In this document: positions 54,801-64,000 of the stretch, piece by piece
Layout of the letters: each line of letters opens with the position of its first letter
Position numbering within the stretch: position 1 is the first letter of the stretch
From: Eledone cirrhosa
Taxonomy: Eukaryota
DNA: 64,000 nucleotides
Assembly (NCBI GenBank): GCA_964016885.1
Contig: OZ024741.1
Span: forward strand, 378,572,001 to 378,636,000
Direction of reading: 5' to 3'
The notes under the pieces: model-generated
Databases searched by the model: none
What the model was told of the DNA's origin: nothing
Seen by the model: only the letters and a program-made list of their open reading frames with translations
Position numbers and translations under genes: made by a program

Positions 54801-56509
54801 GTATATATATATATACATGCACACATATATATATGTATACGTATGGATTCACCGAACATTTATTATAATGCTCAGTGTGTTTGTAAACAAACATACCGTA
54901 TCAAGCCGTAGTGTCTAGCAACCATCGTTGCTCTTTTGTTCAAAACTGACAATGGAACGCTGTACTAGTTTCAAGCTTATTAGCTATCGTTAGCAACGTA
55001 TAGCTTCCTGCCAGATTGTTGAACGTATATACTTAGCTTATGCATATTAACGGCTGAGTAGCCCAATTTGCATATCGATTGGGTTAATCGGCCGGGTGAA
55101 ACGAAAACGATAAACTGAAAAAATGAAACAAAATTACATTTCCCACGCTTAGTACGGCTGTTACTTAAATATATGTATGTACACGTACATAGATATATGT
55201 ATACAAACGTGCAGTAATAAGTATATATATATACATACATGCACACATATATATATATGTACGTATAGATTCACCGAACATTTATTATAATGCTCGGTGT
55301 GTTTTTAAACAAACATCCCGTATCAAGCCGTAGTGTCTAGCAATCATCGTTGTTCGTGTGTTCAACAGTGACAAAGGAACGCTGTACTAGTTTCAATCTT
55401 ATGAGCTATCGTCAGCAACGTATACCTTCCTGCCAGATTGTTGAACGAATATACTTACCTTTTGCATATTAACGGCTGAGTAGCCCAATTTGCATATCGA
55501 GTGGGTTAATCGGCCGGGTGCACCGAAAACGATAAACGGAAAAAATGAAACGAAATTTAAGTTCCCACTCTTAGTACGGCTGTTACTTAAATATAAGTAT
55601 ATACACGTATAAAATATATGTATACAGGCGTACAGTAGTATGTATATATATATACATACATGCACACATATATATATGTACGTATGGATTCACCGGACAT
55701 TTATTATAATGCTCGGTTTGTTTGTAAACAAACATCATGTATCAAGCCGTAGTGTCTAGCAATCATCGTTGCTCGTTTGTTCAACACTGACAAAGGAACA
55801 ATGTACTAGTTTCCAGCTTATTAGCTATCGTCACCAACGTATACCTTCCTGCCAGATTGTTGAACGTATATATTTACCTTATGCATATTAACGACTGAGT
55901 AGCCCGGTTTGCATATGGAGTGGGTTAATCGGCCGGGTGCACCGAAAACGGTAAACGGAAAAAATGAAATGTAGTTTCATTTCCCAATCTTAGTATGGCT
56001 TTTACTTAAATATAAGTATGTACACGTACATACATATATGTATACAGACGTACAGGAATATGTATATATATATACATACATGCACACATATATATATATG
56101 TACGTATGGATTCACCGAACATTTATTATAGTGCTCTGTTTTTTTGTAAACAAACATCCTGTATCAAGCCGTAGTGTCTAGCAACCGTCGTTGCTCGTTT
56201 GTTCAACACTGACAAAGGAACTTTGTACTAGTTGCAAGCTTATTAGCTATCGTCTGCAACGTATACCTTCCTGCCAGATTGTTGAACGTATATATTTACC
56301 TTATGCATATTAACGACTGAGTAGCCCGATTTGCATATCGAGTTGGTTAATCGGCCGGGTTCACCGAAAACGGTAAACGGAAAAAATGAAACATACTACT
56401 GTACGTACTACTGTACATCTGAATACATATATGTATGTACGTGTACATACTTATATTTAAGTAACAGCCGTACTAAGAGTGGGAAATGAAATTTCGTTTC
56501 ATTTTTTCC

Positions 56510-56552
<43 letters not shown>

Positions 56553-56579
56553 TAGATATATAGATAGATATATGAATAT

Positions 56580-56788
56580 GTAGTTTATTTTGTCTGCCCT
56601 GTCTAGCTTGACTTGTTTTGGGGCTTAGGTGGTTAATTGATTCTTGACAACCTTCTCTGATTTTCTGGCATTTGTAACCTATGTTTATTGTTCTGGTCTT
56701 TTTTATCCTATGGAGCGCTTGTCAGCATGACACGGAATTTGCGTTTCGTCTCACTTCTTCTAGCCGCCGAAATGCGATTCTCGCTGAA

Positions 56789-56790
<2 letters not shown>
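56580..56790 (-). repeat. Repeat family D, inverted partial copy
   Basis: ccgaaatgcgattctcgctgaatt followed by (TA)n. Confidence 0.7.
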
Positions 56791-56858
<68 letters not shown>

Positions 56859-56876
56859 CATATATATATATATATT

Positions 56877-56939
<63 letters not shown>

Positions 56940-57662
56940 ATGTATATAATGTTATCTGTGTGTGTGTGTGTTAATTGTGTGAAAAAGGGGGATATAATTA
57001 TAATATATAAGTGGGTCTTTATTGTGTGTATTTGTCGTAGTTAAATATATGTGTTCATAAAGAGATCAGGGTCGTGAGCGGAATAATTAATTAGTAAAAG
57101 AAGGAAGTGTCTGAGTGTCGAAAGGTATATTATACTAGCTGGAAAAAATATGTGATTTCATGTGTGGACAACTTCTGAACATCTCAGTTTTAGTTTGCTC
57201 ATTTATGGCTAGTTGGTTATTGTTAATAGTTGTTAATTTAGCCTCGTATATGATCGATTTCTTATTTCATTTTCCCTGTAAAGGCTATTGTCAGCTTCCT
57301 GGATTTCTACTTCCATCGATTTCTTTTAATGATATTCATGTTGGTAATCATAGATTTCATTGATGAGCAGCAAGAGTAGCTAATCTATATATCTAAAACA
57401 GAGAAAGTCTGTATGTCTGACTACCTAAAACTCGGGAACCACCTAACCGAACTTTTTCAAACTTAACACATGTAATACGCATGGTCGTGTGAGTCTTTTG
57501 AGCCAAATATATTTCAAATTATCAATGCTCTAGGGACCGCATTAGGCGATTTAGTCTTTCTTTTTAGATAGATACATAGTTACGACGGCGTGCCTTTATA
57601 ATATCTGTCTGCAGTACTGATTATGACGCTATATGTGTGTGTATAAATGTATATATATGTAG

Positions 57663-57701
<39 letters not shown>

Positions 57702-57703
57702 AT

Positions 57704-58163
57704 AAATTCAGCGGGGAATCGTATTTCGGCTGGTAGAAAAAGCGAAACGAAAAGCAAAATCGTAGGTATGCTGGCAAGCGCTCCAATAGTTAAGAAAATT
57801 AGAGCTAGACAATATGTTAAAACGCCTTATATACTGAAAAAGTGGTCAAGAAGGCATTAACCACCTAAGCCAAAAAACAAATCAAGCTAAACAGGTCAAA
57901 CACAATAAATTATTAAAACAGACCTGGACCCAAATGGAATTGATGGTAAAATCCAAATGCAGGGTTTCTATGACACCTAAATCAATACTAATGTCTCCTT
58001 AAAACTATAAACTTTTAGCATAATGATCGAACAAGGAATATCACGTTATCAACAGGTATTTTGCTCTGCACCAACTTTGTAAATGACGTAGAACTTTGTA
58101 AAAGCACATGTGTAACTCACAAGGGGAAAAACCACAGATTTTTGCAAATGAATTCAGTATGTG
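57704..58163 (+). repeat. Repeat family D (copy split by RTE; continues 59545-59640)
   Basis: Collinear with 24721-25275 on both sides of the LINE. Confidence 0.8.
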
Positions 58164-59545
58164 TCATCATCATCATCACCGTTTTACGTCCGTTCTTCCA
58201 CGCTAGCATGGGTTAGACGGGTTGTCCTGTTGTGGGCAGTGTCTGGTCGGCTGACCATGCCTTGCTCATACAGGAACTGATCTGGCTTGATTTCTACAGC
58301 TGGATGCCCTTCCTAACACCAACCTCATTTACAGTGAGTGCTGGGTGCTTTTTCGTGGCGCCTACACGTCCACTTTACAGTGTGGGCTGGGTGCTTTTTT
58401 GCCGTGGCACCTCCACGACCACCTTGCGGTGGGGGGGGGGGGCATATTGTTTATATGCTTCAGCATGTACCCATGGGAGGTCGGGTACCCTGTATTACTG
58501 CGTGACGCCAGAAGTCACGGTCGTGTGTCATTGACTTTGAGAGGTGTAGTTGGGTAAGGTCGGCTTTTATCACCTCATCCCAAGTCATCTTGGGTCTCCC
58601 CACTCCGCGGTTTCCATCAACTTCTAGTGCTCTGCACCTTTTTATGCAGCTGTCATCCTTCATACGCATCACATGTCCATACCAGCGTAACCGCCTCTCC
58701 TGCACGCAGCATTTGATTCCTCTTATGCTCAGTCTCTCTCTCAATTCATTTATGCTTTGTCGTTCACGTATATTACTGTTACACATCCATCGGAGCATGC
58801 AGGCTTCGTTTCTCTCTAATCTACGTAAGTCTTCCACCTTCAGCGCCCAGGTCTCACTACCATGCAACATCGCTGTTCGGATACACGCATCATACAGTCT
58901 GCCTTTCATTCTGAGGGAGAAGCCTTTTGCAGCTAGCAGTGGTAGTAGTTCCCTAAACTTCTTCCATCCCGTTCTTACCCTAGTTATTGTACTTTCTGAG
59001 CACCCACCTCCGTTGCTAATTCGGTCACCTAGGTAGCAGAAGCTGTCTACTGTTTCTACAGGGCCCTCCCAGAGATTGGTGGTACTTGTTTCCTGTGGCT
59101 GTTTGCTTGCTGTTTCAGCACAGCTGCTGCATGTGAATCCTACATTCTTAATTAAGCTTCCTGAGATCCCGCTACATCTCTTGTGTACCCATTGTTTGCA
59201 TTTGGGGCAAAGAATGGAGTTCCTACCTACACCTTTCCTACATACTGAGCAAGGCCATTTCCCTGAGGGGATCTGGGTTCTGTTTTCTCGTCTACTTATA
59301 AGGACCTTAGTCTTTGTCATGTTGACTTTGAGGCCCTTTCTCTCTAGTCCCTGCTTCCAGGTTTGGAATTTATTCTCTAGTTCTACCATAGATTCAGCTA
59401 TGAGTGCGAGGTCATCAGCATACAGGAGTTCCCATGGGCATCCGGTCTTAAACTCCTCCGTTATTGCCTGCAGGGCTATGATGAACAGGAGAGGGCTAAG
59501 AACAGAGCCCTGGTGGACCCCAACCTGTACGCTAAATTCCTCATG
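58164..59545 (-). mobile_element. 5'-truncated RTE-clade LINE with uninterrupted C-terminal ORF (58460-~59545)
   Basis: GVHQGSVLSPLLF, LLYADDL, Cys-rich CSVC..CPKC..H..C insert, FCYLGD, LRWYGHVMR and GRPKMTW. A (GAT)n tail lies at 58165-58178. Confidence 0.93.
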
Positions 59546-59732
59546 CAAATAATTGCATAGATAGCACAAATCGAATAAGCACTGAACCGGGTAGTTTTAA
59601 AAATAAGCTTATGCAATTAATCTGTCAATAGAATTATTAACAGGTTAATTGTAATACTCGGGAGATTAATACAAATATACATTCAGCGAGATTCGTATTT
59701 CGGCTGGTAGAAAAAGCGAAACGATAAAAGCA

Positions 59733-59792
<60 letters not shown>

Positions 59793-60069
59793 TGTGTGTG
59801 TAAAGTTTCTTCTGCTTTCACAGATTGATTTTTTTTTAGTTTCAGAAGATCTCGTTATGGGTGAAAGCAGAGATTATTTGCTTAAACCTTAATCTGTTAT
59901 TTTATTCGTGTACAGATATTTTGGCATACACAATAACAAAATATAAACACATGTATTTATTTCACGATGCTAGATAAGGATAAATATATATCAAATATAT
60001 GGGAACCTTAGAGCAAATCCCGAGCCACGCCGGGCCATTCTGCTAGTTTTAACTAAATTTGTATTAAAT

Positions 60070-61080
60070 ATCTTATTATATTATTGAGGGAATGTTTGTC
60101 TAAAAGTTCAAGGAATTTTCTGCCTATATTAGTTTTAATTGTTAGATAGAAAGGTGGAGTAAATCTTACTATTTTTATTTTCCTATCAGTGTATTTAGTG
60201 GTAGTTGGAAGTGTAGGTATATATCAGGTTTGTTCGTTCAAATTGCTATTTTGCAGGGCCTTATTATAATAAGGGGCTGCTTTATTAAAACTTTCTACAG
60301 GAGAAGATAAGGTGGAGATCCTACGACTATTATTAGGAATAAGGTTTCTAAATACTATAGGAGGATGGCAAGACTCTTTTTGTATATATTTTAAATTTTC
60401 GTTAGGTTTATGGTTGGGTTTGAAAGAAGCAGTAAGTAGGTCAAGATTGATATCGAGGACGTTAGTATTAGTTAGGTTAGTATCCATAGTAATTTTAAGG
60501 TTTACGTTAAAAAAGATTTTAATTAAATCTTTACGGAATTTGTGAAGGTTATGGCTGTTGGTGGTATGAGACACTGCCAATCCTTCGTCTCGGTATAAGC
60601 CGGTAGTATGGGTGGGACATTTCTCTTTAAGGATGTGGTGGAGGAATAATCCAACTCAATCGCACGCGTGGGCACTGTTAAATGAACCCATAGAGAGAGC
60701 AAAACGGTTATCTGGGTTTTTTAACCCAACTTTCTTCTTTACCGAAAAGTAGTGTTTTCCTAGCGTGTAAGATAACATCTTCCTCTAAATTAGATGTATC
60801 AATACATTTTCTAGCGAATTCTAAAGCTTTAGCTAATAAGCATTGAGTAATAGAGGGGTAGAAATATACTATATCGAATTGGGTAAATCTACACACATTT
60901 TTCTCTTTTCTGTTGTATATAATTAAACCAAGATATAACAGAGGAAGTGTTTAACCGTTGGAATAATTCTGTTTTAGTTCTTATTTGAAGGATTATATTT
61001 CTAAGGATTTTTTTACTACCAAGACAGATTTATGATTTAGCAGGGTTGATTAGTCTACAACTGGGTCGATTAAATAGTTC
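60070..61080 (-). pseudogene. Degraded Nematis-like PLE RT fragment
   Basis: QFDIVYFYPSI, ARKTLLF, LYRDEGL, VLDINLDL and ISTLSS. Confidence 0.88.
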
Positions 61081-61151
61081 TGTAGCATAGATAGAGTTCT
61101 GCCCCTTCCTTTATCGTACCTACGGAAATATTTTATATATATATATATATT

Positions 61152-61560
61152 AACAAATGGAAACTCTATTCATAAAACCATAATTATTTTATTATATATA
61201 TTTCGAGGGTGACCAAGCCAAAGTTGGTGCGCTTTCATCAGATAAAATACAAAATTTGTTTCATAAATAGTGACATAAACATGGAAAACAACCTTGACGG
61301 TTGAACATTCGCTGGATAGTCAGGGTTGCGTTCCATGGTTATGTCACTATTTATAAAACAAATTGTGTATTTTATCTGATGAAAGCGCACCGATATTGGC
61401 TTGGTCGCTCTCGAAATATATATATAATAAAATAATTATTGTTTTAAAAATATAGTGTCTATTTAGTAATATATTGAATATTTACTCCAGTAATCTGTTG
61501 AGTGCTCTATCTCTGTTATAAACTTTTAAGTGTGTTGGAATCCCAAGAAATTAAATATAA

Positions 61561-61562
<2 letters not shown>
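61152..61562. mobile_element. Small head-to-head pLTR pair with HHRs at 61185-61249 (-) and 61368-61434 (+)
   Basis: tattttat CTGATGA aagcgcacc..ggtcgctctc GAAA tatatata TA ataaaata and its inverted homolog. Related to the 40610 pLTR. Flanked by (TA)n. Confidence 0.82.
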
Positions 61563-61602
<40 letters not shown>

Positions 61603-61610
61603 TATATATG

Positions 61611-61665
<55 letters not shown>

Positions 61666-61796
61666 TGGTCGCTTTGGAAGCCTTAACAATGCAGATAGGT
61701 AAAACATCGGGTAACTTAATGAGGTGATAATGAGAGAGTTGTAAGAGGAATTGTAGAATGAGACGTATAATGTGTAGTGGAACGTAGGAAAGAGTG

Positions 61797-62010
61797 TAAT
61801 AATAATAACTGTTTCTACTTTAGGCACAAGGCCAGCAATTACCCAGTGCATTACTGGTACTTTATTTTATCGACCCCGTAAGGATAAAAGGCAAAGTCAA
61901 CCTCGGCGGGATTTTAACCCAGATCGTAAAGGGACGTATCTATGCTGGAAAGCAAGGCGTCCGACCCTCTACCGATACTGCCAATCCACCGCCCTTGTAA
62001 TAATAATAAC
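61797..62010 (-). mobile_element. tRNA-derived SINE
   Basis: Reverse complement of the 35135 copy. Confidence 0.85.
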
Positions 62011-62301
62011 ATGAGATAGAATTATCTTGGAAGTGATTTAATTGTCCTTATTTTCGGATTTCCCATCCACCAACTGGGGGTTTTCCAAGGGAGAAAGATT
62101 TAAGTCGGAGAGGAACAAAACTGCCCTCAGTTATCTGTCGTGTTGACAAAGTTCAGGTTCTGGAACACGAGAACGTAAAAGCAACTTCAATTAGAAATAT
62201 TGTAACGAGTAAAAGAAAAGAAGAAATACGCATGTTTGTAAAACACAAATACACACTCACACAAATACTCAAACATACACACGAACATGCACACACATAC
62301 A

Positions 62302-63432
<1,131 letters not shown>

Positions 63433-63539
63433 AACGGCTCTGTAGTATACTAGTTATCCTACATTGAGCTAAAACAACACTGTCATACCAAGGGTAATAT
63501 ATCTACATGTCTAGGAATACTGATATAATTGTCAACGAA

Positions 63540-63571
<32 letters not shown>

Positions 63572-64000
63572 AGATGCGAAGGCATGGTATACATTTCCGA
63601 TCATTTTAATCCCGACATATGTTTCAAAAAGAGATAGATCGATCATGTAACCATGATCGATTATCACTGATCTCGTCAGGTGAAAATGAATTGTTTTCAA
63701 ATCCTTGATATGAGGGAGAAAATTAACTGTGTTCATTCACAGAGTTTAGTCCCCGATATGAAGATCAATCAGTCAGAACACGGCGACTGCTATCGTCCTC
63801 AGTTAGTCTCATAAAACAATCAATTCCCACAGAAGCTGTAAAAGACGCTGGACATCAATCAAATCTGTAGAATTACAGTCGGTCACAGTTAATGTTAGTG
63901 GGTGCACACACACTAACATATACATGACGCGAGGTCAAAGAAAAACAAATATATACACATACCAACACAGCATCAGATCTGTAGAACTATAGACGGTCAC

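Larger units (their letters stand above)
47476..56514 (-). mobile_element. Family B retrozyme-like tandem array: ~21 copies of a ~420-bp unit, ending in a short inversion (56392-56514)
   Basis: The HHR anchor actagtttc or a variant occurs near 47690, 48111, 48531, 48965, 49465, 49891, 50310, 50724, 51144, 51574, 52009, 52434, 52852, 53278, 53704, 54124, 54544, 54964, 55386, 55805 and 56227. Confidence 0.92.
57384..60046 (+). mobile_element. Probable non-autonomous Helitron interrupted by nested insertions
   Basis: The 5' end a|TCtatatatctaaaac is at 57384. The 3' hairpin cccgagc-cac-gccggg is followed by CTAG|t at 60046. Confidence 0.5.

Noticed and set aside
47476-56514. CRISPR-like array interpretation
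   Set aside because: Whole ~420-bp units repeat with no unique spacers, there are no cas genes, and the context is eukaryotic.

Overview
This is AT-rich animal (invertebrate) genomic DNA. The repeat content resembles cephalopod/octopus genomes, which is an inference. I found no convincing host gene, and most ORFs in the track are microsatellite artefacts. The window is a nested cluster of retroelements in (TA)n tracts. It holds at least seven Penelope-like element (PLE) ORFs or remnants, including a full-length 737-aa RT + GIY-YIG ORF at 42151-44364 with direct pLTRs. It also holds RTE and CRE-like LINE fragments, Helitrons and tRNA-derived SINEs. The main signal is RNA-level: dozens of type I hammerhead ribozyme (HHR) motifs. 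Two related non-coding tandem families carry one minimal HHR per monomer: family A (~465 bp, 53-1680) and family B (~420 bp, 21 copies at 47476-56514 plus 45996-47115). Their helices covary around an invariant core, and both keep a conserved octamer (ATGCAAAT). Each insertion ends in a PLE-style inversion and joins (TA)n at the same two homologous positions. This fits a non-autonomous, retrozyme-like self-cleaving/circular RNA system, probably mobilised by the co-resident TA-targeting PLEs. All alignments and folds were read by eye, so boundaries are approximate.
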